A stretch of 63,720 bases of DNA, filler included, from Saprolegnia diclina VS20 (lineage: Eukaryota): NCBI RefSeq assembly GCF_000281045.1. It is 5 parts of 2 records of this genome, joined end to end, with 100 filler letters (N's around TTAATTAATTAA, not from the genome) between each part and the next. Parts side by side here need not be neighbours in the genome. Positions count along the whole stretch, not along the records: positions 18,028 to 29,092 come from NW_008246107.1; positions 29,193 to 43,753 come from NW_008246108.1; 3 more parts are not named here. One strand, given 5' to 3'. Positions 24,601-36,377 of the stretch are shown one piece after another. Position 1 is the first letter of the stretch; every line of letters starts with the position of its first letter. A program made the translations under genes and the position numbers. The notes beneath the pieces are model-generated. The model worked only from the letters and a program-made list of their open reading frames with translations, searched no databases and was not told the origin of the DNA.

Positions 24601-25406
24601 GATTTCGAAAACGCCGGGTACGTGGCGTTGCTCACGAGTCGAGTTTGAGACGACATGCGGGTGTAGCGGTCGTCCTCGTCGTGGATCCGAATGGCATGTC
24701 GAGCGAGATCGAGCGCCTCGTCCCCAAGCAGTTTATCTTGCCGTTTCCAGTCTCGGACGCGATGCTGGACGACCCAACGCTGTGGGCAACGTCGTTTGAC
24801 GCTGTCCTGGGGCCCGTCCGGGACGCGCTTCGCCAGGCCGAACCGCCGCCGCTGTACCCCCTCTACAACTTCGATGTGCACGCGCCGGCGCGCCGCGTGT
24901 TCATCTACTACACGGCGCAGGACCCGTCGTTCCTCAAGCGCATTGAAGTGAGCGTCCACGCCAAAGGGTTCGTACCGCTCCTGGCGTCGCAGCCATTGGA
25001 TACCATGGACGTGCGCGAAGAAGCGGACGTGATGACGTCGTCGTCGACGGTCGTCTTCCTTGTGCGCACGGACGAGCTTGGAAGAAACGAAGATGCATGG
25101 CGGAATCTGCAAAAGAGCTACTCGATCGCCGCGACGCACGGCAAGACGATCGTGCCCGTGTTTGTCGGGCCGCAGTGCTTGGATTTTAGCAAGCTCTACT
25201 CACTCTGCCGGACGCCGTGGCACCCATTTGTGGCCCAGCGCGGGTTCGAAGCCAACTTTAGCCACCTCACAAAACGCCTCAACGACATGCTGCCGATGGG
25301 ACTGGCGCTCGTGAGCAAGCGACCGCGGTCTGGCTCGGACACGGTGTACGTCACGATGCCCTTCTCGCGCAAGAGCGACCCGTCGTTCGTCTCGGCGTTT
25401 GTGTAG
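21648..25406 (+). CDS. Multi-pass membrane protein with ankyrin repeats and two C-terminal TIR domains
   Basis: About 4 hydrophobic helices (~22160-22600). Ankyrin repeats NPLHVAV, SPLHIAV, TPLHAAA, TPLHWAA, SPLHWAA, TALHIAL. TIR1: DVMISY..CWMD..W-REEIARGI..YARSEWCLKEL. TIR2-like: RVFIYY..VVFLV..IVPVF. Short GT-AG introns keep the frame (e.g. 22679-22724). Confidence 0.85.
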
Positions 25407-25879
25407 CGTGTCGACGCGCTTTCTATTTAGGTGCTCGCGTACTAGTACATGTATATCTTCTACGACACATCTTGACGCTTGCTGGCCACGGTGCTGACAG
25501 CGCGGCTTGGGCGTCTTACCATGAAACCTCCATGCACATGCGGTCCAACGACTGCCATGGACTCTAGGCAGCATGGTTCTACGGCTAGGCTAGGCGAAAC
25601 TCTCCATATGGCTGGCTACTTGGCGCGTCGTGCGTCCGCGCTGCTCGGCGGACCGTCGCGCCGCCGCTGGCAGCGCAGATTTTGGTGGCGCTGTGTGATT
25701 GGCTATAAATCTGTTAAGTACGCTCTTCGGCAATTAAAAAGGTCAATACAAAAATCAAGTTGAATAACGATAATTTTATAGCGGGACCGGTGCTGGACGC
25801 ACTTAATCGGGCGCCAGGCCTTGGGTCTGTGTGGTATCTCCAGTCAGTAACAACATCCGTTCGAACGGCAGCAAGCTCC

Positions 25880-27012
25880 ATGGCGGCCCCGGCGCTTTCG
25901 ATCGACACGCAGCATGATGACATGATCGTACGTAGAAGAGGCTGCTGATGCTCTATGCATGGCTCATGCGTGCGACGTAGCACGATGCGCAACTGGACTA
26001 CTACGGCAAGCGGCTCGCTACCTGCTCGTCGGACCGGACCATCAAGGTCTACGACGTCACGGCCGACGCCCAGCACACGAACGAGCGCGTCTTGGCAGGG
26101 TACAACGCCAATGGTAACGTTACGATATGCTAAGTGATGCGTAGCCACGAAGGCCCCGTGTGGCAGATCAGCTGGGCGCACCCTAAGTTTGGCACGCTCC
26201 TCGCGTCGTGCTCGTACGACGGCAAGGTCATCATCCACAAAGAAGCCCAGCACGGTCAATGGTCGCAGATCCACACGCATGCGTTCCACCAGTCGTCGGG
26301 TACGACGCGCCTTCGTACCGACTTGACGCGCTCATGCATCCATTGTAGTCAACTCGATCGCGTGGGCGCCGTACGAGTATGGGCTCAGCCTCGCGTGTGC
26401 GTCGGCGGACGGCAAGGTGTCGATCCTCACGCACTCGGCGGGTACGCCTCGTCATGTTTACCACCCAACGACGCTCATGCAACTCTTTTAGTGGAAGGCT
26501 GGACGACGAGCTACTTTCAGGACAGCACGCTCGGTGTCAACGCGGTGAGCTGGGCGCCGTACCACAGCCTCGGTCTCCAGGGCAAGCGCGTCGTGACGGC
26601 GTCTTGCGACAACACGGTCAAGGTCTGGGCCCTCGCCGATGGTGCGACCGAGTGGGTCAAGGAGGATTTGCATCAGTCGCAGCCGCACCACAGTGACTGG
26701 GTCCGCGACGTGGCGTGGGCGCCGTCGACTGGCGCGCCGTCCAACCTCATTGCGAGCGCATCGGAAGATCGCACCGTGTGCATCTGGACACAGGAAGAGA
26801 CGCCGTCGGGCGAACCCTCCAAGTGGACCAAAGAGCTCTTGCACACGTTTGAAGCGCCCGTGTGGCGCGTGAGCTGGTCCGTCACGGGCAACGTCCTCGC
26901 CGTCTCGACCGGCGACCACAAGGTGTCGCTCTGGAAGGAGTCGCTCGACAAGAAGTGGCTGCAGATCTCGAGTGTCGACGAAGTCGGCGCGTTGCACCAA
27001 GCGACGCAGTAG
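25880..27012 (+). CDS. SEC13: COPII/nucleoporin WD40 protein SEC13, multi-exon
   Basis: [76 protein letters not shown]. Confidence 0.96.
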
Positions 27013-27109
27013 TCGGTCGACGCACCGTCGTCACACAGCCTCTTGCAATACATCCGTTTCCCACTCTTATCGCCAGGCACAAGCAGAATACGATGTCCTT
27101 ACGCAAGGC

Positions 27110-28126
27110 TTAGTGCTGCATAAGCGCCGCTGTCTCGAGCGTCCGCGCGCGCGCAAGCTTCATGCAGCGCGTGAGCGTCTCGCCCGCAATGAGGCTCCCG
27201 CCTGCCTTGTACACGCCGCAAAACTAAACATGGCATGAGAGATGGAGAGAAGGTGGAAGCGTACCTCGCCGTTGGTGTTGTAGAGAATCGTGACGGTGCC
27301 CCGGAGCACGTCTTCTTCCTGCGCCGTCGGGTCCAGTAGCACATGGTCCTTGTACAAGCCAAAGGTCGTCGGGACAAGCGTCTGGTGCACCGGCAACGGC
27401 AGCCCGTCCGTGCCCTCTGCAAGGTGACATATATGAGAGACTGGTGGAGGCGGAGGATGGAGCAAGAAGCGTACCGGGGGCGAGCGAGACGACAAAGTCG
27501 GACGACACAGTGATGGCCGGGAACGTCAAGTCGCGGAGCGCCATCATGGTCGCGAGGAACGCCGTGTCCAAGGCGTTGCCGTCGTGGTCGAGGAAGAGCA
27601 CGCTAATGATGAGCTTCCACGCGCACTTGCCGCTCTCAATGCAGAGATCGCGGAGGTTGATGACCTGCGACCTGGACGACGCATATGAGCCATATCGCCA
27701 TGGACGAGCGAGCATCGTACCCGATGAGCGTCCGACTCAGAAAGCTGCTCAAGCTCTGGGCTTCGTCGGTCGTCCGCTGCGTCGAGAACTTGCTTTGGCA
27801 CACGCCCGTCAAAAACACTTGCAGATCTACGCACGCATGACATGAGGGCGAGAAGTAGAGCGATGCAGAGACGCACCGACTTCGCCTTGGTCGGGCGTCG
27901 CGATGGCAGGTGTCCCGACGGCGAACTGGACCGTGGCGAGCGCGCTCGAGTGGCCGAGCTTGACAAGGCAGGCGCCGGCCTTGGTGCGGCTCATGCTGAC
28001 GGGGCGAGCGTCGAGGAGCTTGCGCGCGTCGGGCCGGACGCCGCTGTCGAGGCAGCGACTGACGTAGTCTTCGGCAAAGAGCTTCTCATACAGCTCGGTG
28101 CTGCAGTGCATCGAGGTCGCGGCCAT
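27110..28126 (-). CDS. RRP43: Exosome complex RNase PH-like subunit RRP43/EXOSC8, multi-exon
   Basis: GVRPDAR, ACLVKLGHS, LCIESGKCAWKL..LDHDGNALD, LLDPTAQEE, YKAGGS. Assignment to Rrp43 rather than Rrp42/45 rests on recalled motifs. Confidence 0.8.
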
Positions 28127-29092
28127 GCTGGTGATGATGGAGTCCTGTGATCTTGCTCGAACTGTTGGCTGGTGTTGGGGACACGGGGGGTCTAAAACCA
28201 CAAGAGGGTACCACATTATGTTGACAATAAAAATAGTTTTAAACAATAAGGTTTTAAAATGTTGTTTTGCCCACAAATCAATTAATGAATGGGTCCTCCT
28301 ACTCCGACCCCGACACGAGGGTGGACACGAAACGTCGTGGTCGGTCGAGGTTGCACTTGCTCGCCACGACGCGCCCGTCATGGCCCATCCGTGACCATCT
28401 ACTGCTGCCATTTCAACGCAGCCTAATGCTCGAAGCATTGCTAGCGCCAGATGATTCTTCTGTTGACACTGGCGAGGCGCTCCTCCGACCACGGAGGCCT
28501 TCTACGCGCCTCGAATCCAAGTCGCTGGCAGCCTTGCGCAACCTGTACCGCTCGTTGTAGCACCAACCCGGCCAAACATGATGGGCTCCACGGAGGCCAA
28601 GCGGCGCGACTCGATCACCAAGCCACCACCCAAACACCAACATAAATGTAAAGAAAACGATGAGATTCACAGTTGATGCATCTGTCGCGCGGCAAAGCCA
28701 CCATTCGGTCTCGACGTTGGAGCTTTTCGTACCACGTTGCGTGCGCGACAGTCACGCTGGCGATCCTCTGCACCCGCGCGCCAATTGCCCGTCTTCCTCG
28801 CACAGCCGCCAACGGTGCTGACAATCAAGTGCCCGTCGGCCACCAAGACGCGCTGGACCCAGATGGCCAAGCGGCGCTCCACGATCGCGAAGTTGGCGCC
28901 ACCGCCACGAGCACGCGCGATATGAACTTGTGACCACGGCGGCAACGTGGCGATCGAGTTGCGCCGCTTGGCCTTCATGTCAAGAAGGCCAAGCGGCGCC
29001 TGAGCGTCGGCACCGTCAGCGCCTGCGCGAGGAAGACGGAGCAGTTAGCGCGCGGGTGCATGAAGATCGTCAAGTGACTGCCGCCGCGGCAG

Positions 29093-29192
29093 NNNNNNNN
29101 NNNNNNNNNNNNNNNNNNNNNNNNNNNNNNNNNNNNTTAATTAATTAANNNNNNNNNNNNNNNNNNNNNNNNNNNNNNNNNNNNNNNNNNNN
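29093..29192. other. Artificial contig linker 44N-TTAATTAATTAA-44N
   Basis: Same 100-bp linker. Confidence 0.97.
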
Positions 29193-29413
29193 AGGAGTTC
29201 TATGCTTTTTAGACAAAGGGCACTGCACACGACCGACTTGTTGATCCTGGTGGCAACGCCAATGGGGAAGAGAATGAAGCAGGTATCACGGAGTGGACAA
29301 AAGTGGTCGACTAGGTGTTCATCTTGACAGGACCCAAGGGGCTAGCAAGTACTACGCAACATCACACGTTTCGATTTGCTCTTCTTACACAAAGTAAGAA
29401 TAATGAAATCGGC

Positions 29414-30187
29414 CTAGACATAGGTCTTGGGCACCAGCGGCGCCTCTTCGCCGACGTCGTTGTTGTTCCAGAGCAAGACGTTGGCGCCGTTGTCGTTCCA
29501 GAGCAAGACGTCGCGGACATGCCAACCGGGAAACCGGAGGAGGAAGAGGTGCAAGAGGTAATAGCACGTCGTCGCATTGCCCAAGAAGACAAGCCCGATC
29601 GTTAGGGCAGCGGCAAATAGCTTGGCGTCGCGGCCTTCGCGCACGAGAATGTACGTGAGCACCATGCACTGCCCTGTCCATGCGTCGATGAACGTCGCGT
29701 ACGCCCACGCATCGTCCTGGATCGTCGCCCAGCCGGTCGCAAACGACTGCGCCTGCACGCAATAGACAAGGAATCCGAGGTACCCGAGAAAGGCCAGGAG
29801 TGCCAAACCGATAAACGTCCGGCGGGACGCCGACGTGCTGTCGATGGGCGGGAACGCCGTGCGCACGGGCAAAACGGCGGTGCGCAGCGAGCCGTCGCTA
29901 CGAAGGAGGAGCCAGATGAAGGCAGCGACGGTAAAGACGTTGCCGAGGACGATGGCGCCGAGGGCCAAGCCCATCTTGGCCGGCAGCGTCGATGCTCGAA
30001 GCCACAAATAGGGCACCGAGAAGAGGAGCCCGGCGCTGTAGTCGATGAGGCCGCTGACCGCCCATGGGCTACCGAGCATACGCGCAATGCTGTCAAGCAG
30101 AGGCGTCGTCGCAAGCGCGTGGACAAGGACGAACGCCAAGTAGGCGGTCGGGACCGCGAGCGCTGCCGCAACGAGGTGCTTGAGCAT
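29414..30187 (-). CDS. DUF1475-like multi-pass membrane protein with two internal repeats
   Basis: Two halves: PWAVSGLIDYSAG..LGNVFT and AWAYATFIDAWTG..LGNATTCYY. About 6 TM helices; CCAAT boxes upstream. Confidence 0.7.
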   Translation of the reverse strand: MLKHLVAAALAVPTAYLAFVLVHALATTPLLDSIARMLGSPWAVSGLIDYSAGLLFSVPYLWLRASTLPAKMGLALGAIVLGNVFTVAAFIWLLLRSDGSLRTAVLPVRTAFPPIDSTSASRRTFIGLALLAFLGYLGFLVYCVQAQSFATGWATIQDDAWAYATFIDAWTGQCMVLTYILVREGRDAKLFAAALTIGLVFLGNATTCYYLLHLFLLRFPGWHVRDVLLWNDNGANVLLWNNNDVGEEAPLVPKTYV

Positions 30188-31345
30188 GGCACCGTTGATG
30201 AATGACAGGCGATGGCCAATCACACGCCGAAAGAATCTGTTTTTGAGCCAATCAGCGATGACCAGCATCGCCAGGCAGCTGCTCGGCGACGATGTCGCCG
30301 TTGGGCAAGGTGCAAGGCCCGGCGTCGCGTGATCCTAGGGTGCTAAATCATGCTTGCGTCGTGCTAGTAGCCGATAATGGTAGTCGCACCATTGACGCAC
30401 TATTGAATTGTACGGACCTAGTCGGAGAATCACTACCAACATGGTATCAAAGACATACTGTCAACGACTGGAAGCGATCTTTGGTGCTCAACCTAGTGAC
30501 AACCGACCGGACAACCACTTCAATAGGACATCCTAGTTGACCTTCCAAATGCTGTAAATGCAGCCGTACTCGACGATGAAGGCGGCGACGTGTAGCCCGG
30601 TGCACCACACCCACAGAGTGCGCTGTGATTCTATAGCGACAACGACTTGAACGTTGAGCAAAACTAGCGGAGAGCTCTCAGATACGTAATTTCTGAAAGC
30701 GCAGACGCAAATGGACTAACAAATCCCGTCTCGCATGGCGCTCGTAGGCCCATGAACGAGATTGAGAGCTGACAAGGCGATGAAAAACGTGCGAGTTCTT
30801 GTGTTTGTCCTCCAACTAACCGTGAGAACAAGGCGGCAAGCTCTCGAATCTCAAAAGCTAAAAAGGTGAATAATCCCAAAGCGGAGGGCTAAACGTGCAC
30901 TATGGAACGATTGTAACAAGCTTTTCAGAAACGGCAACGATCTGTCGGTGCAATGCCCAACTGTCGTGTCAAATGATCAAAACTAGGATTTGGGTCCACG
31001 AGTTGAGTTTTATCGACTTCAATATCATCAAGATCGTAGAGGTAAATGATGCCATCGTAATCTTGCGGTAGCGGTGTACCAAACAAAGATCCTGGATAGC
31101 AGAACGAAGCTCAGGTACAAAGCAGTACACAGAAGACTCTGCGAATGCATATTCCGGACTATGAGACATTACCGCCAATCGCAGTCGCGTGCAGCCTAAG
31201 AACGTTTTGCGCCGCACGCAAACTCCCTCCAAATTCGGCATTTTTTGCACGAGACACACAAAGATAATGCAACGCCCGGGGTAGGTGCTGAGGAATACTG
31301 TGCGATGCCTAGGTCCGTTGCATCGTTTCCATTGCAGAATTGGTT

Positions 31346-31517
31346 GTTGTTGAAGTGAGTCTATTTAGATATAATTTACACTGAACTGTTTTTGGGGGGT
31401 GGACTTTCGATTCAGAGCGTGTTGTGCTAGACGGCATCAGCGGCGAGGCTTAGCCGTGTTGAAGGCGAGGCGTGTGGATGGCGCACGCCGGGACGAAGTG
31501 ATCACGAAGCCAGGCCG
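31346..31517 (-). mobile_element. 5'-truncated LINE-like insertion with 14-bp target-site duplication
   Basis: Near-identical reverse complement of 104-270. Flanked by TTGCAGAATTGGTT at 31332-31345 and 31518-31531. The (CAA)n tail abuts the left TSD. Confidence 0.85.
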
Positions 31518-32258
31518 TTGCAGAATTGGTTAAAACCACCAACTAAAAAGCCCGGGATCCGTTTTGTTTGGTATCCTGACCTGCTTATAGAGACCGATAC
31601 TGATATCGTTGTTCCCGCGCTTTTCGTGCAACCAAAAGCATCGCACACAACGCTTTTGCAGGCGATGAGCACGACTTCGAACGCGCAAGCAAGGCGAACT
31701 AATGCTGCGGCAGCATCGTGTCGTGGCGTCGACAGCATGTCCCGTGTATTCCTTGCGCAGAAAACGATCGTCGGATCCACTTGCTGTCAGGGAACGTGCC
31801 GCACGCCATGATAGGACATTGGTCACGCTTCGTTTTGGCGCGGAGTCACGTGCCGGAAGAAGCACATTTGGCGGTGAGTCACCAGTGGGTTTGCGAATTC
31901 TAGTACGATTTTATTTTCACGATCATACATGCCAAGGAACGTACAATAAGACCTGCGATAAGACTAGCTTTTTGGACTCAGTTCTGAGTCGTCCTACGAC
32001 GCGCCACAAATCGAATGTGGGCGACGGTTGAAGTAACGCTATGGCCCAGTGTCACCTCTACCCGGCGCATGCAATCGGTTGTCAGCTGGTTTCCGTGACA
32101 CGGTCAACACAAGTTGTCAGCACAGTGACACGCTCACCCACGTGGCAACACGGACGCTTCCCGTCAGCCAGGTGCCACGATCCCGTCTGATTTACAACTG
32201 CGGTCGACCGAGTCGCTCACTTTTCGTTTTCCCTTGTCCTTTCGACACCACCACCAAC

Positions 32259-33383
32259 ATGCGCATCGCCATTATTCTTGCTTCCGCCATTGCATGCTCG
32301 ACTGTCNNNNNNNNNNNNNNNNNNNNNNNNNNNNNNNNNNNNNNNNNNNNNNNNNNNNNNNNNNNNNNNNNNNNNNNNNNNNNNNNNNNNNNNNNNNNNN
32401 NNNNNNACCTCGTCCAGCAGCTTTTCGATTTGCACAACCAAGAGCGCCAGAAGAACGGCGTCGCGCCGTTCACGTGCCTCGACTCGCAGCTCAGTGAGCT
32501 CAGCGCCGAGCACGTCAAGTACGAGATCTCGATCGACGACATCAACCACGACGGCTTCAGTGAGCGCTGCCAAAAGGTCGGCAACGTCGCCTGTGGTGAG
32601 AACACGTTGTATGACTTCAAGGGCGATGCGGCCAAGTTTACGCAGAGCTGGATGAACTCGGCGGGCCACCGTGAGAACATCTTGAACGGCGCCTACAAGC
32701 ACGTGGGCTTTGGTGTCGAGAAGGGTCCGAGCGGCAAGTGGTTTGCGACGGCCATGTTCACCGACTCGAACCCGCGTTCGGACGTGTGCGGCGGCAAGCC
32801 CGGCCCCGTGGCGCCCACCGACGCGCCGAACACGCCCAAGCCGACGAGCCCGACGACGGTCAAGCCCACACCGCGCCCGCTGCCCAAGCCCACGAAGCGT
32901 CCTACCGTGGCACCGACGCCGGCCCCAACTGAGGCACCTTCGGATGACCCTTGGGACGAGCCGTCGGATGAGCCTTCGGACTCCCCGACGGAGGCCGACG
33001 ATGTGGTCAAGCAGCTTTTCAAGTTCCACAACGAAGAGCGCCAGAAGAACGGCCTCAAGCCCTTCTCGTGCCTCAACACCAAGCTGAGCTTGCTCTCGAT
33101 GGACCACGTCAACTACGAGATCCGCGTCGGCAAGATCAGCCACGATGGCTTCAGCGAGCGCTGCAAGCAGGCCGGCAACAACGGCGCGTGTGCTGAAAAC
33201 ACCTTGTACAACTACGACGGCGACGCCCGCGGCATGACGACGCAGTGGATGAACTCGGCCGGTCACCGCGCCAACATTCTCGGCAGCGCGTACGACAACG
33301 TCGGCTTTGCAGTCAAGAAGGCGTCGGACGGCAAATACTACGCCACGTCCATCTTCACCAAGGACAGCCGTCCGTGCGCCTAA
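32259..33383 (+). CDS. Secreted CAP (SCP/PR-1) protein, at least 2 CAP domains (internal 100-N gap)
   Basis: Signal peptide MRIAIILASAIACSTV. Two copies of HNxER..GEN/AEN..WMNSAGHRxNIL separated by a Pro/Thr linker. Confidence 0.92.
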   Translation: MRIAIILASAIACSTVXXXXXXXXXXXXXXXXXXXXXXXXXXXXXXXXXXLVQQLFDLHNQERQKNGVAPFTCLDSQLSELSAEHVKYEISIDDINHDGFSERCQKVGNVACGENTLYDFKGDAAKFTQSWMNSAGHRENILNGAYKHVGFGVEKGPSGKWFATAMFTDSNPRSDVCGGKPGPVAPTDAPNTPKPTSPTTVKPTPRPLPKPTKRPTVAPTPAPTEAPSDDPWDEPSDEPSDSPTEADDVVKQLFKFHNEERQKNGLKPFSCLNTKLSLLSMDHVNYEIRVGKISHDGFSERCKQAGNNGACAENTLYNYDGDARGMTTQWMNSAGHRANILGSAYDNVGFAVKKASDGKYYATSIFTKDSRPCA

Positions 33384-34808
33384 GCACTTATTCTATCTGT
33401 TTCTATAAAACCGTCAATTTCGCATTGTATATGATATTGAATATGAGCCGGCAGTGGCTTTTGTGCATCAATAGTATGCGTTTTTGGCGCATTGAACAGC
33501 AACCAGAAAGCATAACTTGGTTGCCAACATTTATGCTGGGGGCCTTTCGATACGCCATGCTCTCTTGCGCTATACATACCTATTTAGGAAAAGCATTGGA
33601 CTGTTGCTATCTTGTCGGGGAGCATTATACACTCTACTCGTGGCGGGCTCAATGATCGCTCTTGTGGCAGTGTTGAATCGCGTGTCTTTGCAGCTGCCGT
33701 GCGGTAGTCGGTTGGGGTTAGGGGTACCAACTGACACATCAAAATGACACTGTCGGTCGTTTCTCTGTCGCCTTGGATATACCCTTATAAACGCAAGCTT
33801 ACATATACCGTGCGTTGCCAGAGAGTGCGCAAGTGCGACCGAGCAAGCTCGTCAATCGACAGAAAGACCCAGCATACCTAGGACAACCGCGGTGCCTATA
33901 CTGAAGGAGTCGACCGACGCATGATAGAGTCGTCCTGCACTGCGATTACCCAAGGTGAATTCAAGGTTGCACCAACAAAGTGCATGGTCAGTCCAGCCAA
34001 ATTGCGAGCGAACTCACGGCCGTTCTCGGTACTTCATCTCGAGTCTGACCTTACGCGAGGCATGTCACGCAAATGACGCACCGGTCGCGAGGCAGAACGG
34101 CATGGTACCTTGGCCGCCATTTCGCAGGTGATCGATCGGCCTCTACAAGCTAGTTCATGTAGCGTGTTTTCGCAACGAAATAACAACAAAAACGGAGCTA
34201 GAGATTGCACCACCTCTATATATGCTTCACATTTGCAAGCTATTTCAAAGAATCGCACCCCATCGTTCGATAGAGTCATGAATGACCACCGTAAGAAGAA
34301 GGAAACCTCAGCAAACCATCACCTTGCCCTGACCTCGTGGTTTAAACGCCATGCGCGCAACGGTGGTCAACTGGCTCGATCGTCGCCGAGAATCCTGATG
34401 TTTGTCGGTAAGGCATTACCAACGCGATGCAATGCTTCATGGTGGGAACTACAGATGTGTTGGGGAAGACATCTGCTCAGAGTGCACTTTGACGCGAGCC
34501 ATGTTTACAGGGTGTTTACGAGCCTAGTGAAACTGTAGTCGTGGATACACAATGATTCAATACTTGCGCGACTCCTCCTCCCCATCGCATTCGCATTCGA
34601 ATGGGTCAAAAATGGCTTTATTCGATTTCAAGTCCGACGCCGCGTGGGGGCGATCTTGCCGTAGAAATTACCGCGACTGGATGAGGGTACCCCTCATATT
34701 ACTCGCATCGTTGCTGCTCACTTTCGCGTCACGTAGTCTGTGCGTCTCGCACGAGCCCGCCTCGAATTCATTTTCCTTTTTACACTTGCGCAGGCAAACG
34801 TGTACAGA

Positions 34809-36377
34809 ATGCGCTTTGGGTACCTTGTCGCGGCGCTCGTCGCATCGGCGTCAGCAATGACGGAAGCTTCCGACTTTGTTCAGCAGCTCTTCGAGTTGCA
34901 CAACAAGGAGCGCCAGAAGAACGGTGTCGCGCCCTTCACGTGCCTCGACTCGCAGCTGAGCTCGCTCAGCGCCGACCACGTCAAGTACGAAGTCTCAATC
35001 GACAACATCAACCACGACGGCTTCAGCGAGCGCTGCCAAAAGGTTGGCAACGTCGCTTGCGGCGAAAACACCTTGTACGACTTTGTCGGGGACCCCACCA
35101 AGTTCACGGAAAGCTGGATGAACTCGCCGGGCCACCGCAAGAACATTTTGAACGGCGAGTACAAGCACGTGGGCTTTGCGGTCCAGCGCGGGTCCAGCGG
35201 CAAGTGGTTTGCGACGGCCTTCTTCACCAACACCAACCCCAAGGCTGGGACGTGCGGTGGCGGCAACAACAACAACACGCCGACCCGTGGCCCGGCCCCG
35301 TCGCCGGCACCGTGGACGGCCCCCACCCAGGCCCCATGGTCGGCCCCGACCCGCGCCCCGTCGCCAGCTCCGTGGACGGCCCCCACCCAGGCCCCATGGT
35401 CAGCGCCCACGCAGCCTCCGTCGTCACCGACGGCGGCGTCGGACTTTGCCCAGCAGCTCTTCGACTTGCACAACCAAGAGCGCCGCAAGAACGGCCTCCC
35501 GGCGTACGACTGTCTCGACACGCAGCTGAGCCAGCTCAGCATGGACCACGTCAAGTATGAGATCTCGATCGACAACATCAACCACAATGGCTTCAGCGAG
35601 CGCTGCCAGCAGATTGGCAACGTTGTGTGCAGCGAAAACACCTTGTACGACTTTGTCGGCGACGCGGCCAAGTTTACGGAAAGCTGGATGAACTCGCCGG
35701 GCCACCGCAAGAACATTTTGGGCCGCGACTACAAGCACGCGGGTTTTGCGGTGCAGAAGGGCCCGAGCGGCAAGTGGTTTGCGACGGCCATGTTCACCGA
35801 CTCGAACCCGCGTTCGGACGTGTGCGCCAACAAGAAAGGCCAGCAAGCTGCGACGCCGGCGCCGTGGTCGCAAGCGCCGAGCCGCCCGACGCAAGCTCCG
35901 TGGACGCGACCGACCCGCGGCCCGTCGACCCCGGTGCCGACGACGCGCGCGACGCCGACCCCGACGCAAAGCACGACGCCGGCCGGTGCCGATGAAGTTG
36001 TCAAGCAGCTCTTCCGGTTCCACAACGAAGAGCGTATCAAGAACGGTCTTCCAGCGTTCGCTTGCCTCAACTCGAAGCTCAACGCGCTCTCGATGGACCA
36101 CGTCAACTACGAAATCCGCGCTGGCAAAATCAGCCACGACAACTTTAGCCATCGGTGCGCGGCCGCCGGCAACAACGGTGCGTGCGGTGAAAACACCTTG
36201 TACAACTACGACGGTGACGCGCGCGGCATGACGACGCAGTGGATGAACTCGCCGGGCCACCGCAAGAACATCTTGAACCGCGAGTACAACACGGTCGGCT
36301 TTGCAGTCAAGAAGGCGTCGGACGGCCGCTTCTACGCGACGACGATCTTTACGCACGACGAGCGCCGGTGCCAATAG
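34809..36377 (+). CDS. Secreted CAP (SCP/PR-1) protein, 3 CAP domains
   Basis: Signal peptide MRFGYLVAALVASASA. Three copies of WMNSPGHRKNIL with APW-repeat linkers. Intronless. Confidence 0.95.
   Translation: MRFGYLVAALVASASAMTEASDFVQQLFELHNKERQKNGVAPFTCLDSQLSSLSADHVKYEVSIDNINHDGFSERCQKVGNVACGENTLYDFVGDPTKFTESWMNSPGHRKNILNGEYKHVGFAVQRGSSGKWFATAFFTNTNPKAGTCGGGNNNNTPTRGPAPSPAPWTAPTQAPWSAPTRAPSPAPWTAPTQAPWSAPTQPPSSPTAASDFAQQLFDLHNQERRKNGLPAYDCLDTQLSQLSMDHVKYEISIDNINHNGFSERCQQIGNVVCSENTLYDFVGDAAKFTESWMNSPGHRKNILGRDYKHAGFAVQKGPSGKWFATAMFTDSNPRSDVCANKKGQQAATPAPWSQAPSRPTQAPWTRPTRGPSTPVPTTRATPTPTQSTTPAGADEVVKQLFRFHNEERIKNGLPAFACLNSKLNALSMDHVNYEIRAGKISHDNFSHRCAAAGNNGACGENTLYNYDGDARGMTTQWMNSPGHRKNILNREYNTVGFAVKKASDGRFYATTIFTHDERRCQ

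Noticed and set aside
35424..36374. Long antisense or alternate-frame ORFs over real genes (many in the track)
   Set aside because: Expected shadows of GC-rich codon bias; no independent motifs.
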